Of a stretch of 64,000 nucleotides of DNA, positions 29,890 to 40,883 are shown piece by piece; the first letter of the stretch is position 1, and the number at the start of each line of letters is the position of its first letter. The stretch is taken from assembly GCA_018607785.1 (NCBI GenBank), contig JABBAU010000026.1:10749-74748 (forward strand). The letters are read 5' to 3'. The stretch is from Methylobacillus sp. (GTDB taxonomy: Bacteria > Pseudomonadota > Gammaproteobacteria > Burkholderiales > Methylophilaceae). Made by a program: the position numbers and the translations under genes. Below the pieces are notes generated by a model. It saw only the letters and a program-made list of their open reading frames with translations, was not told where the DNA came from and did no database searches.

Positions 29890-31569
29890 ATGAAAATAAG
29901 CCTTGCAGAAATCAATCCAAAAGTTGGTGATTTAAGACATAACAGTAAGCTCATAATAAAGCATGCTGAAATAGCTTTAAAAAATGGAGCTGAAATTTTA
30001 ATAACACCAGAATTAAGCCTATGTGGTTATCCTCCAGAAGACCTTCTTTTAGAAAAAGAATTTGTTGATAGGTGTCATTACTATCTCATTGGAATAGCCA
30101 AAAAATTTCCTACACTTAATATTATTGTTGGTTACCCAAGAAGAAAAAATAAACTTCTCTTTAATTCTATCTCATTACTCTTTGGTGGAAAAATTAATAA
30201 AACCTACGATAAACAGAAGCTACCAAATTATGGTGTATTTGACGAAAAAAGATATTTTTCTGCAGGTGACAAACCAGGAATTTTTAAATATAAAAATAAA
30301 AAATTTGGATTGCTTATATGCGAGGACATATGGGAGGATGGCCCACTTGAGAAGTTAAATGAGCTTAAAGCTGACTATGTAATTTGTGTAAACGCTTCAC
30401 CATACGAATTTAATAAAACAAAAACTAAAATAAATTTAATTCAAAAAAAACTTAATAAACTTGATGATATTAATTTAATCTATTTGAACTGTGTTGGTGG
30501 ACAAGACGAGTTATTATTTGATGGAAGCTCTTTCATCACGAAACCAAAACAATACAACAAAAAGAATTTACCATTTATATCAGAGCCATTTGTAAGTAAA
30601 AATATTATTGCTGACTTCTCTGATGAAAATGAGATTAAAATTATCAGTAAAAATGAAAAATTTCCATATCATAGAAAAATTTTAAAAACGTCGATTATTT
30701 CTAAAAGTTTATCAAATTCAGAAAATTATCTTACATATAACCTTCTGAATGGACTGATGTTAGCAATGAAGGATTATGTAGAAAAAAACAATATAAAAAA
30801 ATTAATTCTTGGACTCTCAGGCGGTATTGACTCAGCAGTTGTTTTATATATTGCATCAAAGGTGATAAAAAAACAAAATATTACTGCCATTATGATGCCG
30901 AGTATTTATACATCCCAAGCAAGCCTTGAAGATGCAAAAAAAATTGCATCAAATTTAGAAGTAAATTATAAAATTATACCTATCAAGAAACATATAAAAC
31001 TTTTTGAAAATACTTTCAAAGAAGATTTTGTTGGGCTTGAAAAAGATATAACAGAGCAAAATATTCAGGCAAGAATAAGGGGTATGATTTTGATGGCATT
31101 TGCAAATAAATTTAATGGTATGGTTCTTGCTACAGGCAATAAGAGTGAAAATGCTGTGGGATACTCAACAATATATGGAGATATGGTTGGAGGTTTCGCA
31201 ATTTTAAAAGATGTGCCAAAAACAATGGTTTATAAAATTGCGAATGAGATAAATTATGATCAAACTATCATTCCACAAAGAATTATTAATAGAGCTCCTT
31301 CTGCGGAACTATCAAAAAATCAAACTGACCAAGACACACTTCCGAATTACGAAATTCTGGATGAAATAATCGACCTTCACATAGAAAAAAATTATAGTGA
31401 AAAAGAATTAATTAAATATGGTTTCTCTGCTAATTTAGTTAAAAAGGTTGTAAAATTAATTAAACTAAATGAATTTAAAAGAAGACAATCCGCTCCGGGT
31501 CCAAAGATAACATCAAAGGCATTTGGGAAAGATCGTCGCTATCCAATAACAAATAAATTCCAATTGTAA
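29890..31569 (+). CDS. nadE: Glutamine-dependent NAD+ synthetase
   Basis: Nitrilase domain (PEL, K, CED) plus SGGIDS synthetase domain. Confidence 0.93.
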   Translation: MKISLAEINPKVGDLRHNSKLIIKHAEIALKNGAEILITPELSLCGYPPEDLLLEKEFVDRCHYYLIGIAKKFPTLNIIVGYPRRKNKLLFNSISLLFGGKINKTYDKQKLPNYGVFDEKRYFSAGDKPGIFKYKNKKFGLLICEDIWEDGPLEKLNELKADYVICVNASPYEFNKTKTKINLIQKKLNKLDDINLIYLNCVGGQDELLFDGSSFITKPKQYNKKNLPFISEPFVSKNIIADFSDENEIKIISKNEKFPYHRKILKTSIISKSLSNSENYLTYNLLNGLMLAMKDYVEKNNIKKLILGLSGGIDSAVVLYIASKVIKKQNITAIMMPSIYTSQASLEDAKKIASNLEVNYKIIPIKKHIKLFENTFKEDFVGLEKDITEQNIQARIRGMILMAFANKFNGMVLATGNKSENAVGYSTIYGDMVGGFAILKDVPKTMVYKIANEINYDQTIIPQRIINRAPSAELSKNQTDQDTLPNYEILDEIIDLHIEKNYSEKELIKYGFSANLVKKVVKLIKLNEFKRRQSAPGPKITSKAFGKDRRYPITNKFQL

Positions 31570-31582
31570 TTATTAGGAGTAA

Positions 31583-31924
<342 letters not shown>

Positions 31925-31931
31925 AAAATTA

Positions 31932-32669
31932 TTATTTTGATAACACCCTTTTTACATAAGTAAGGTCTTCTTGGCTATCGACACCTTTGATTGGGCTTCC
32001 ATCATATAAAACTACTTTTATATTCAAATTATTTGATAACGCGCGAAGTTGTTCCAGCTTCTCAATTATCTCAATTTCAGAAATTGGAAAACTACAAAAT
32101 TTTTCTAATTCACTAATCTTGTAAGCGTATATACCTAAATGATGAAAAGCATAATCATTTATTGCTAAATCTGGAGAGGACGAATATGGAATAGCACTTC
32201 TACTAAAATAGAGTGCATTTGAAAATTTATCTATAACTACCTTAACATTGTTTGGGTTTATGAAATCTTCATAAGAATTAAATTTACTACATGCAGTTAC
32301 ATAGCCTGACTTATCTTTTTCAACATTGGAGGCAAGTAAACTAATCAGCTTAGGATCTATTAAAGGTTCATCGGCCTGAACATTAACGATAATTTCACTA
32401 TTATTCCATTTCATGATTTTTGCGACTTCAAGGCATCTATCAGTTCCTGATAAATGATTTTTGTCAGTCATTACTGATTGAAAATTATGAAGCTTCACAA
32501 TATCTGCTACTTTTTTATCATCTGTTGCAACTATAATTTGCTTAGCCCCCGATAGGCTTGCTCTTTTTGCAACATGAATTACCATGGGTACATCATTAAT
32601 TTCAATCAAGACCTTCTCTTTTAAACGAGAACTATTTAGCCTTGCAGGAATAACAACATTAAAGCTCAT
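31932..32669 (-). CDS. kdsB: 3-deoxy-manno-octulosonate cytidylyltransferase
   Basis: IPAR, SGTDR, EKLEQLR. Confidence 0.93.
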   Translation of the reverse strand: MSFNVVIPARLNSSRLKEKVLIEINDVPMVIHVAKRASLSGAKQIIVATDDKKVADIVKLHNFQSVMTDKNHLSGTDRCLEVAKIMKWNNSEIIVNVQADEPLIDPKLISLLASNVEKDKSGYVTACSKFNSYEDFINPNNVKVVIDKFSNALYFSRSAIPYSSSPDLAINDYAFHHLGIYAYKISELEKFCSFPISEIEIIEKLEQLRALSNNLNIKVVLYDGSPIKGVDSQEDLTYVKRVLSK

Positions 32670-32682
32670 AGAAAATTAAAAA

Positions 32683-32847
32683 TCATTTTAATTTTCTTGC
32701 TTCATCTTCTAACAAGATTGGAATATTATTTTTAATTGGATAAGCTAATTTAGCAGATTTAGAAATAAGCTCATTTTTTTCTTTATCAAAAACAAGAGGT
32801 CCCTTAGTGACTGGGCAAACTAAAATTTTAAGTAATTCTTTATCCAT
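32683..32847 (-). CDS. ycaR: Trm112/YcaR family protein, 54 aa (not in ORF track)
   Basis: Hand translation [18 protein letters not shown]...[20 protein letters not shown]; lies between lpxK and kdsB. Confidence 0.9.
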   Translation of the reverse strand: MDKELLKILVCPVTKGPLVFDKEKNELISKSAKLAYPIKNNIPILLEDEARKLK

Positions 32848-33841
32848 GAGTTAAGCTAGTTTTTTTTAATATGTCTTTAAATAGGCGATCATCTACTTCT
32901 GTTTCAATTGGTAATACCCAAAAATTTGTATTTGCAAATTTTTTACATTTGATTGCATCTTTTTCAGTCATAACAATATTGTAATCTTCATACTTAACAA
33001 AATCATCCCTCTGAAACAAATAATGATCATTAAAAATAATTCGCTCAAAATTTAAATTACTATCAGTTAAGGTTGAGAAGAAGCTATCTGGATTTCCAAT
33101 TGCAGTTATGGCTACAATTTTTTTATTTTTGATGTCTGAAAAACTGATTGTGCTTGATGTTTTTAAATTTACAAAGTTATTTGGGATATATTTCATTTGA
33201 AAAAATTGTGGGTTCTCATTTTCACCCTTCACAACAACAGCATCAACCCTATCTAATCTAGTAACCTTTTCTCGCAAAGGACCTGCAGGAAATAATAAAC
33301 CGTTTCCAAACTTTCTTTGTGAATCAATGACTGCAATTTCATAGTCTCTAGCTAATTTTAGATGTTGTAAACCGTCATCACATAAAATTATGGATGTTTC
33401 TGGATATTTATTAAGTAAATCTTCAGCTGCACTTACTCTGTCTTTACCAACAAAAACTGGAATATCAAATTTAGTTTTTATTAATAACGCTTCATCCCCC
33501 ACATATTCAACATCTGAAAATCCAAAGACTTCTCCTGTACCTCTTATATCACCTCCATAACCTCTTGAAATAAGGGCTGGCTGTAATCCTTGATTTATAA
33601 ACTTATGAATAAGGTTCAATACTAAGGGAGTTTTACCGGTCCCACCGAGTGTAATATTTCCTATAATTACAACAGGAACTCTAATTTTTATTTTTTTTAA
33701 AAAATTCTTTTCATATAAATAATTTCTTACTATATTTATAAAGTTTAAAACGTAACTTAAGGGTATAAGAAGATAAATCCAGTTTGATTTTTTATAATAT
33801 TGATTATTGAATATTTGGTCAGTTGATATCAACTTATTCAA
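32840..33841 (-). CDS. lpxK: Tetraacyldisaccharide 4'-kinase
   Basis: [29 protein letters not shown]. Confidence 0.93.
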   Translation of the reverse strand: MNKLISTDQIFNNQYYKKSNWIYLLIPLSYVLNFINIVRNYLYEKNFLKKIKIRVPVVIIGNITLGGTGKTPLVLNLIHKFINQGLQPALISRGYGGDIRGTGEVFGFSDVEYVGDEALLIKTKFDIPVFVGKDRVSAAEDLLNKYPETSIILCDDGLQHLKLARDYEIAVIDSQRKFGNGLLFPAGPLREKVTRLDRVDAVVVKGENENPQFFQMKYIPNNFVNLKTSSTISFSDIKNKKIVAITAIGNPDSFFSTLTDSNLNFERIIFNDHYLFQRDDFVKYEDYNIVMTEKDAIKCKKFANTNFWVLPIETEVDDRLFKDILKKTSLTHG

Positions 33842-35579
33842 ATCCTTTTTTATAAATTTTTAAATAAAATTTATTATTTTTTATTAAATCATTATGTTTA
33901 CCCTCTCCGACTATTTTTCCTTGATCCATTACAATTATTTTATCTGCATTTTTAATTGTACTAAGTCGGTGAGCAATAATAATAGAAGTTTTTTTAATCA
34001 TTAAATTATCAAGTGCTGCTTGAACTAAGCTTTCTGATTCTGAATCTAGTGCTGATGTAGCCTCATCTAATAATAAAATTGGGGCATTTTTTAATATTGC
34101 TCGTGCAATGGCTATTCTTTGTTTCTGACCCCCTGATAATCTAACTCCCCTATCTCCAATAACATGATTGAAACCATCAGGAAGTTTATTAATAAATTCA
34201 GAGGCGTTTGCTGCTTCAGCCGCTTTTTTTACTTTTTCTAGATTTACAGCAGATAAATTTCCATAGGCAATATTATTAAAAATTGTGTCGTTAAATAAGA
34301 TCGTGTCTTGACTCACCATTGCAAGATTCTCTCTTAATGAATTTAATGAAATATTACTTATATCAATACCATCAAGTTTAATTGTTCCGGAATTTACCGC
34401 ATAAAACTTTGGGATTAGATTTAATAGCGTTGTTTTTCCTCCACCAGACTTTCCAACTAAGGCAATTTTCTCACCAGCTTTTATATCTAAATTTATATTT
34501 GATAATATAATTTTTTCATCTTTTGGATATGAAAAGCTTACATTCTCAAATTCTAATTTTCCTCTTACTTTTTTTAAATTTATCCTTCCTAAATCTTTTT
34601 CTTTTTTCTCATCCATTACTGAAAAAATACTTTTGGCAGCAGCATATCCAGTTTGTATTTGCTCATTTAATGCCGTTAATCTTTTAATAGGTGTGATGAT
34701 GAGAACTACGGCTCCTATAAATGCTATAAATTCTCCAGGTGATAAATTAGTAAGGGAAAAATGCAAAACAGCTGCTAACAAAAATCCTAAAATTATTTCT
34801 ATAATCAAGCTATTAGTAGCGCTTAATCTCGCCAACTTTGTAGCCATTTTACGATTACGCGTTATTGATTTACTAAATCGTTCACTTTCATATTTTGCTG
34901 CACCAAATATTTTAACAATCCTTTGTCCTGAAATTGCCTCCTCAGCAATTTTAGTTATTTCTCCCATTAGACTTTGAAATTCACTTGCGGCGTTCCTTAA
35001 TTTAGGAATTATTTTTTTGATAAAATATCCTGCAATTGGCAAGATGATAATTACAAAAAAAGCTAACAACCAATTCAAATAAAACATATAGCTAACAACA
35101 GCAATAATTGTAATGCTATCCCTTAGGGCATCTAAAGACATTTTCGTTATGATTGTTTGTAATTGTTCTGTCTCATAGGTTATTTTTGATACTAAAACCC
35201 CTGTTGTGTTCCTATCAAAATAGGAAATTGGTAGTTTCATTAAATTTTTAAAAATATCAAAGCGTAATTTTTGTACTATTTTTCTTGAAATCCATCTTAG
35301 AGCATATGTAGAAAAAAATCTTGCGGAGGCTCTAATTAAAACAATAAAGATTAGGATGATTGGGATAAGCCTTGTTAGATTATCAGCGTTACTAACAAAT
35401 CCTTCATCCGTTATTTTTTTAATTAGGGCAAGAAAACTTGTGTCTGCCAAAGCCATTAAAATAATAGCAACAATACTCAAGCTAAAGATTAATTTAAATT
35501 CAAGTGCATATTTAAATAAGCGTATGTAGACTTTTTTATAATTTCTTAAAGTTTCTTTTGTCGCTATTTCTTTCGACAT
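33834..35579 (-). CDS. msbA: Lipid A export ABC transporter
   Basis: TM domain plus Walker A GKSGGGKT, LSGGQ, DEATS; upstream of lpxK. Confidence 0.92.
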   Translation of the reverse strand: MSKEIATKETLRNYKKVYIRLFKYALEFKLIFSLSIVAIILMALADTSFLALIKKITDEGFVSNADNLTRLIPIILIFIVLIRASARFFSTYALRWISRKIVQKLRFDIFKNLMKLPISYFDRNTTGVLVSKITYETEQLQTIITKMSLDALRDSITIIAVVSYMFYLNWLLAFFVIIILPIAGYFIKKIIPKLRNAASEFQSLMGEITKIAEEAISGQRIVKIFGAAKYESERFSKSITRNRKMATKLARLSATNSLIIEIILGFLLAAVLHFSLTNLSPGEFIAFIGAVVLIITPIKRLTALNEQIQTGYAAAKSIFSVMDEKKEKDLGRINLKKVRGKLEFENVSFSYPKDEKIILSNINLDIKAGEKIALVGKSGGGKTTLLNLIPKFYAVNSGTIKLDGIDISNISLNSLRENLAMVSQDTILFNDTIFNNIAYGNLSAVNLEKVKKAAEAANASEFINKLPDGFNHVIGDRGVRLSGGQKQRIAIARAILKNAPILLLDEATSALDSESESLVQAALDNLMIKKTSIIIAHRLSTIKNADKIIVMDQGKIVGEGKHNDLIKNNKFYLKIYKKGFE

Positions 35580-35586
35580 TTAGCTT

Positions 35587-36000
35587 TTATTCTACTTTTG
35601 TTGAAAAGGTAATTTTTGATAAACCTGAAATCCTTGCAGCTTCCATGACATTTATGACAGACTGGTGAGGTGAATTAGAGTCAGCATTGATAACAATTAC
35701 AGGATCTTTAATATTATTAGCTGCAGCCTTTAAATTTATCACGATATCGCTGATAGTTGAGTTTCTCATTGATGATTCATTAATGGCATAATTACCATTT
35801 TCAGATATTGCAATATTTATTCTTTCAATTTTTTTATCAACTTGATTTGCTTCGGCTGTTGGAAGATTTATTTTTAATTCACTAAATTTTGAAAATGTCG
35901 TACTCACGACTAAGAAAATAATAATGACCAACAAAACATCAATCAAGGGTATAAAATTTATTTCCAAATCATCTTCTCTTACTTTTTTTCTAAAATTCAT
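35587..36000 (-). CDS. exbD: ExbD/TolR family protein
   Basis: PLIDVLLV TM motif. Confidence 0.85.
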   Translation of the reverse strand: MNFRKKVREDDLEINFIPLIDVLLVIIIFLVVSTTFSKFSELKINLPTAEANQVDKKIERINIAISENGNYAINESSMRNSTISDIVINLKAAANNIKDPVIVINADSNSPHQSVINVMEAARISGLSKITFSTKVE

Positions 36001-36009
36001 AAATAAAAA

Positions 36010-36606
36010 CTACCCTTTTAAAATCTCAACTATATGAATGGCATCATGCTCCATCTCGTTTAAGTAGTTATCAATTTTGGACCTAAAAAAACGATATGCA
36101 ATCATTGCAGGAACAGCTACAACAATTCCACCTGCAGTATTATAAAGTGCAATAGATATTCCTCGAGCAAATACTGCTACATCATGGCCACTACTTGTAA
36201 AAGAGCTAAATAACTCAACCATCCCTATAATGGTTCCAAAAAGACCTAGGAGAGGGGCTACAGTAGCAATAGTCACCAATACACCGAGGTATCTTTCAAG
36301 GTTATGTACTATAATTCCTGCCCTCTCCTCTAGGGCTGACTTAATAACTTCAACACTATTTTTTCTTTTAAAAATAGCAACAGATAAAAGATCACCTAGT
36401 GGAGAAGAATTTTTTAAGATATCTAACTTATTGTCATCAAGATTATTTTGCTTAATCATGGTATTGATTTCTACCATTAATCCCTCAGGTATAATTTGAC
36501 TTTTTCTTAATGACCAAAATCTTTCTAATATTATTGCAACACCAATAATTGAAGTTAGAATTAATGGCCAGATTGGCCAGCCAGCTGCTTGAATTATTTC
36601 CCACAC
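36010..36606 (-). CDS. exbB: MotA/TolQ/ExbB proton channel protein
   Basis: APLLGLFGT, GISIALYNTA; GTG start with AGGAG RBS. Confidence 0.85.
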   Translation of the reverse strand: MWEIIQAAGWPIWPLILTSIIGVAIILERFWSLRKSQIIPEGLMVEINTMIKQNNLDDNKLDILKNSSPLGDLLSVAIFKRKNSVEVIKSALEERAGIIVHNLERYLGVLVTIATVAPLLGLFGTIIGMVELFSSFTSSGHDVAVFARGISIALYNTAGGIVVAVPAMIAYRFFRSKIDNYLNEMEHDAIHIVEILKG

Positions 36607-36641
36607 AGTATGGAGCTCCTTTTTAAATTTTTTTTATTATA

Positions 36642-37319
36642 CTATTTTGATTTAAGTTTTCCCGATGAAAGGTGATATATTTTATTCATTTTTCTAGCCA
36701 GTGATTGATCATGTGTCACTAAAACTATAGCTGTTTTAAATTCTTCTGTTAATTCTAAAAATGACTCAAAAACTATATTCGCATTTTTGTGATCAAGATT
36801 TCCAGTTGGCTCATCAGCTAAAATTATGTCTGGGGAGGTAACTATTGCTCTTGCTATAGCAACTCTTTGCCTCTCCCCTCCCGACAATTGATGAGGAAAA
36901 TGATTTAATCTACTCCCTAAACCTAATTTTTTTAAAATCTTTTTTGCTTGATTAAAATCTTTCAAGCTATCATTTCTTCTTATAATTAGCGGCATCATCA
37001 CGTTTTCAATTGCTGAAAAATCCTTTAACAAGTGATGCGATTGATACACAAAACCTATATGTTTATTTCGCAATATGGACTTATTATTATCAGAAAGTTT
37101 AGTGATTAAATCATTATTAAAAAAAACATTACCCTTTGATGGATCATCCAATCCAGCAATTATATGTAAAAGGGTGCTTTTACCTGAGCCAGAGCTTCCA
37201 AGAATTGCGACCCTTTCAGAGGCGTTTATTTCGAAACTTAAATTATTAAGCACGGGAACATCAAGATCCTCAAAGCTTTTAGATACATTTTTTAGAGATA
37301 TCTGAAATGAATCATTCAT
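36642..37319 (-). CDS. lolD: Lipoprotein-releasing ABC ATPase
   Basis: [22 protein letters not shown]. Confidence 0.9.
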   Translation of the reverse strand: MNDSFQISLKNVSKSFEDLDVPVLNNLSFEINASERVAILGSSGSGKSTLLHIIAGLDDPSKGNVFFNNDLITKLSDNNKSILRNKHIGFVYQSHHLLKDFSAIENVMMPLIIRRNDSLKDFNQAKKILKKLGLGSRLNHFPHQLSGGERQRVAIARAIVTSPDIILADEPTGNLDHKNANIVFESFLELTEEFKTAIVLVTHDQSLARKMNKIYHLSSGKLKSK

Positions 37320-38580
37320 ATTTTAAAGCCTGAGCGGGTTCTACTTTTGATGCCTTGTAACTTGGATATATTGCGGCTAATAAAGATAAAATTAATCCCA
37401 TCAAACCTATCCTGTAGACATCTATAAGCATTACTTTTGATGGTACCTGAGAAATATAATAAATATCTTTTGCTAAAAACTCTGTATTAAAAATTCTTTC
37501 AATAAAAGGGACAATTAAATCAATATTTAAGGATATTGCTACCCCCAAAAAAATTCCTAGTAAAGTCCCTAAAGTTCCAATAATAAAGCCTTGTGCAATA
37601 AAAATTAACATTATGCTTTTTTGATTTACACCTATAGTTCTTAAAACTGCTATATCAGATCTTTTCTCAGTAACACCCATCACTAAAGTAGAAACAATAT
37701 TAAAAGCAGCTACAGCTATAATCAAAGTTAAAATAATAAACATTACTTTTTTTTCTAGTTCTATTGCCGAAAAAAGGTTAGCATGCCTAGTTCTCCAATC
37801 AGAAACATAAACAAAAGGGTCATCGCTAAAAGTTTTTTTCAAATAATTTGAAATCTTCTCAGTATTATCAATATCTTCTAACTCTATCCTTAAGCCTGAG
37901 ACACCATTACTTGTTTTAAAAAACTTTTGAGCATCCTTCAAATTTATAAGAACAAGTCCTGCATCATATTCATACATACCTGAATCAAAGATCCCTGACA
38001 CATAAAAGCGTTTCATCCTAGGCATGACCCCTGCCGCAGAGAAATTTGCTTTTGATGAAATCATTGCAATTTTATCTCCAACCGATGCCCCCAAATATCT
38101 TGCAAGATCAACTCCTATTATTATTTCGTAATCTCCCGGATTTAAGAGATATGATCCTGTTTTTATTTTGGTATTTATATCACTTACATTTTTTTCAATT
38201 TCAGGAATTATGCCCCTAACTATAACCCCTCTATTTCTTTTACCTACAGAGATCATCGCTTGATCTTGAACATAGGGAGCAATGCCATTAATTCCTATAT
38301 TTTTATCGATTATAGTTTCAGCTTTTTTCCAATTATTAAAATCTCTTCCTGGTTTTGTAATTTCAATATGAGAAGTAACGCTTAAAATTCTTGATTTTAA
38401 TTCTGACTGGAATCCGTTCATGACTGACAATACAATTATTAAAGCCATCACACCCAATGTGATTCCAATTATGCTCGTTAAAGAAATAAAAGAAATAAAT
38501 TGGTTTGTGTTTTTTAAATTTGTATATCTCAGGGCAATCCAAAATTCATAAAATTTTTTATTTTTAATAAGTTTGGTCAT
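37312..38580 (-). CDS. Lipoprotein-releasing ABC permease (single LolC/E-type)
   Basis: [19 protein letters not shown]. Confidence 0.9.
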   Translation of the reverse strand: MTKLIKNKKFYEFWIALRYTNLKNTNQFISFISLTSIIGITLGVMALIIVLSVMNGFQSELKSRILSVTSHIEITKPGRDFNNWKKAETIIDKNIGINGIAPYVQDQAMISVGKRNRGVIVRGIIPEIEKNVSDINTKIKTGSYLLNPGDYEIIIGVDLARYLGASVGDKIAMISSKANFSAAGVMPRMKRFYVSGIFDSGMYEYDAGLVLINLKDAQKFFKTSNGVSGLRIELEDIDNTEKISNYLKKTFSDDPFVYVSDWRTRHANLFSAIELEKKVMFIILTLIIAVAAFNIVSTLVMGVTEKRSDIAVLRTIGVNQKSIMLIFIAQGFIIGTLGTLLGIFLGVAISLNIDLIVPFIERIFNTEFLAKDIYYISQVPSKVMLIDVYRIGLMGLILSLLAAIYPSYKASKVEPAQALKYE

Positions 38581-38617
38581 TGAATATACATTTAGTTAAA
38601 CTTCGCTTTAATCATTC

Positions 38618-38626
38618 TGCTAGAAT
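38618..38626 (+). promoter_or_regulatory. Extended -10 promoter for riboflavin synthase
   Basis: TGcTAGAAT, separated from ATG 38633 by 6 nt. Confidence 0.6.
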
Positions 38627-38632
38627 TATGGC

Positions 38633-39220
38633 ATGTTTACAGGAATAATTGAATCTATCGGTACAGTGAAATCCATCAAAAGGGTGGGTGAAGATTTAAA
38701 GATTGATGTCTTATTTGATGAACAAAAGTTAAAAGATATTCATGTAGGGGATAGTATAGCTGTAAATGGTATTTGCTTAACTGTAAACAATCTTAATAAA
38801 AAATTACTCAGTTTTGATGTATCCAAAGAGACATCATCAAGAGTATCTCCTTTGAAAATCTCCCAAAAATTGAATCTTGAGACATCTTTACGTTTTAATG
38901 GAAAGGTTTCTGGCCATTTCGTTACAGGCCATATCGATGAAGTTGGTATTATCAACAGTATTGAAAAAAAAGATCTTTGTGAGGTTTGGAGTATAAAAGT
39001 ATCAAATAAATTAATAAAATTTTTACCTGAAAAGGGTTCAGTTGCGATTAATGGAACAAGCCTGACTATAAATAGAGTAGATAAGAATTTTTTTTATATA
39101 AACTTAATACCGCATACATTAATTTCTACAAATTTGTCATCTCATAGAGTTGGGGATAGTGTAAATGTAGAGATTGATATGATTGCAAGGTACCTCCAAA
39201 ACTTTGCTCAAAATGAATAA
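38633..39220 (+). CDS. ribE: Riboflavin synthase (alpha chain)
   Basis: MFTGII N-terminus, GICLT, GHID (called ribC in E. coli). Confidence 0.93.
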   Translation: MFTGIIESIGTVKSIKRVGEDLKIDVLFDEQKLKDIHVGDSIAVNGICLTVNNLNKKLLSFDVSKETSSRVSPLKISQKLNLETSLRFNGKVSGHFVTGHIDEVGIINSIEKKDLCEVWSIKVSNKLIKFLPEKGSVAINGTSLTINRVDKNFFYINLIPHTLISTNLSSHRVGDSVNVEIDMIARYLQNFAQNE

Positions 39221-39226
39221 TAATTT

Positions 39227-40309
39227 ATGAATAATATAGAAGACATAATAAATGATCTAAAAAAAGGCAAAATGGTAATTCTTGTAGATGACGAGGATCG
39301 AGAAAACGAAGGAGATTTGTTACTGGCTGCCGATCATGTTACTCCAGAATTTATCAACTTCATGGCTAAATATGGAAGAGGTCTCATCTGCTTAACACTT
39401 ACTGAAGATAAAGCTAAAAAACTAAAGCTTCCATTAATGGTTGAAGATAATCAAGGAAAACTTGGGACAAATTTTACTGTTTCAATTGATGCCTCATCGG
39501 GAATATCAACTGGCATATCAGCAGCAGATCGAGCTAAAACAATCATGTCTGCTATCTTGCCTGAATCTGATCATACTTTTATCAATAGGCCTGGGCATGT
39601 ATTTCCACTCATCGCACATTCAGGTGGCGTTTTATATAGAGCTGGTCATACTGAAGCGGGTTGTGACCTTGCTGCTTTAGCAGGCGCAACCCCGGCATCT
39701 GTTATATGCGAGATACTTAATGATGATGGAACAATGGCAAGACTTCCAGATTTAATTAAATTTTCAAAAAAACATAATATAAAAATTGGGACAATTGCTG
39801 ATTTAATTGAATACAGAAGCAAGAAAGAAAAGCTTATTAAAAAAATAAGTGAAGAAAAAGTTAATACTGAATTTGGTTCTATGAATTTAATAATGTACTC
39901 AGATTTACTTACAAAAAACATGCATTTAGCGTTAGTAAAAGGTGTGATTAAAAAAAATGATGAGGTAATGGTGAGAGTGCATGAACCTTTGTCAATTTTA
40001 GATTTTATTAGCAGAGAAACATCGCATTCCTGGCCTCCTTTAAGGGCAATAGAGGCAATTAATAATGAGGAAAAAGGTGTAATAATTTTCTTAAATTATA
40101 ATGAGTCTCAGGATAGTATTACTAGTAAATTAAGTCTAAAAAATACTGCTTTAAAAAAATCAACAGATTTAAGGAATTATGGAATTGGTTCGCAAATTTT
40201 GGTTGATATTGGTGTTACAAAGATGAAGCTTTTAGCTGCACCAAGAAAAATGCCAAGTATGACTGGATATGGCCTTCAAGTAACTGAATTCATTGAAAAT
40301 AATTTATAA
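39227..40309 (+). CDS. ribB: DHBP synthase fused to a degenerate GTP cyclohydrolase II-like domain (RibBX)
   Basis: DRENEGD, RAGHTE; C-terminal RVHEP lacks the zinc-binding cysteines. Confidence 0.88.
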   Translation: MNNIEDIINDLKKGKMVILVDDEDRENEGDLLLAADHVTPEFINFMAKYGRGLICLTLTEDKAKKLKLPLMVEDNQGKLGTNFTVSIDASSGISTGISAADRAKTIMSAILPESDHTFINRPGHVFPLIAHSGGVLYRAGHTEAGCDLAALAGATPASVICEILNDDGTMARLPDLIKFSKKHNIKIGTIADLIEYRSKKEKLIKKISEEKVNTEFGSMNLIMYSDLLTKNMHLALVKGVIKKNDEVMVRVHEPLSILDFISRETSHSWPPLRAIEAINNEEKGVIIFLNYNESQDSITSKLSLKNTALKKSTDLRNYGIGSQILVDIGVTKMKLLAAPRKMPSMTGYGLQVTEFIENNL

Positions 40310-40380
40310 ACTGAAAAGAATTTCATGGTAATATGTAATTGTTGAATAATTACAAAAACAGCTTAGATTTTTTAATAAAT

Positions 40381-40406
40381 AAAGGGAATCATATCCCTTT
40401 TTTTTT
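40381..40406 (+). terminator. Intrinsic terminator between ribB and ruvX
   Basis: AAAGGGA-ATCATA-TCCCTTT stem-loop running into a T9 tract. Confidence 0.7.
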
Positions 40407-40431
40407 ACCCAGAATTCTACCTTCCAAATTA

Positions 40432-40872
40432 ATGACTAATATTAACAAAAAATCACTCCAAGGAAACATTTTGTCTTTCGATTTTGGTGAAAAAAGAGTA
40501 GGCGTTGCTATTGGAAATAACATCACGAATAATGTTCACCCACTTGAAACAATTGAAACACCAAAAAAAATTGAAAGATACAAAAAAATTGAGTCCCTTT
40601 TAACGATATGGAAGCCGATTAAACTAGTTATAGGCTATCCATTAAATGACGATGGTAGTGAATCAAGAATGAGTTTATTGGCGAGGAAATTTGGAGAAAA
40701 GCTTAAAAACAAGTTCAATATTGCAGTATATTTTGTTGATGAAAGATTTAGCTCTTCTGAAGCCGAAATTAAACTTAAGACTTTAGAAAAAAATTTAAGA
40801 AAAAGAAAACATATTATTGATCAAGTTGCAGCTATGATAATTCTAGATTCTTTTTTTGAAAATGATAATTAA
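40432..40872 (+). CDS. ruvX: Holliday junction resolvase-like/pre-16S nuclease RuvX (YqgF)
   Basis: FDFGEKRVG, DERFSS, DQVAA; ATG 40432 preferred over TTG 40339. Confidence 0.88.
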   Translation: MTNINKKSLQGNILSFDFGEKRVGVAIGNNITNNVHPLETIETPKKIERYKKIESLLTIWKPIKLVIGYPLNDDGSESRMSLLARKFGEKLKNKFNIAVYFVDERFSSSEAEIKLKTLEKNLRKRKHIIDQVAAMIILDSFFENDN

Positions 40873-40883
40873 AATACTTTTTT

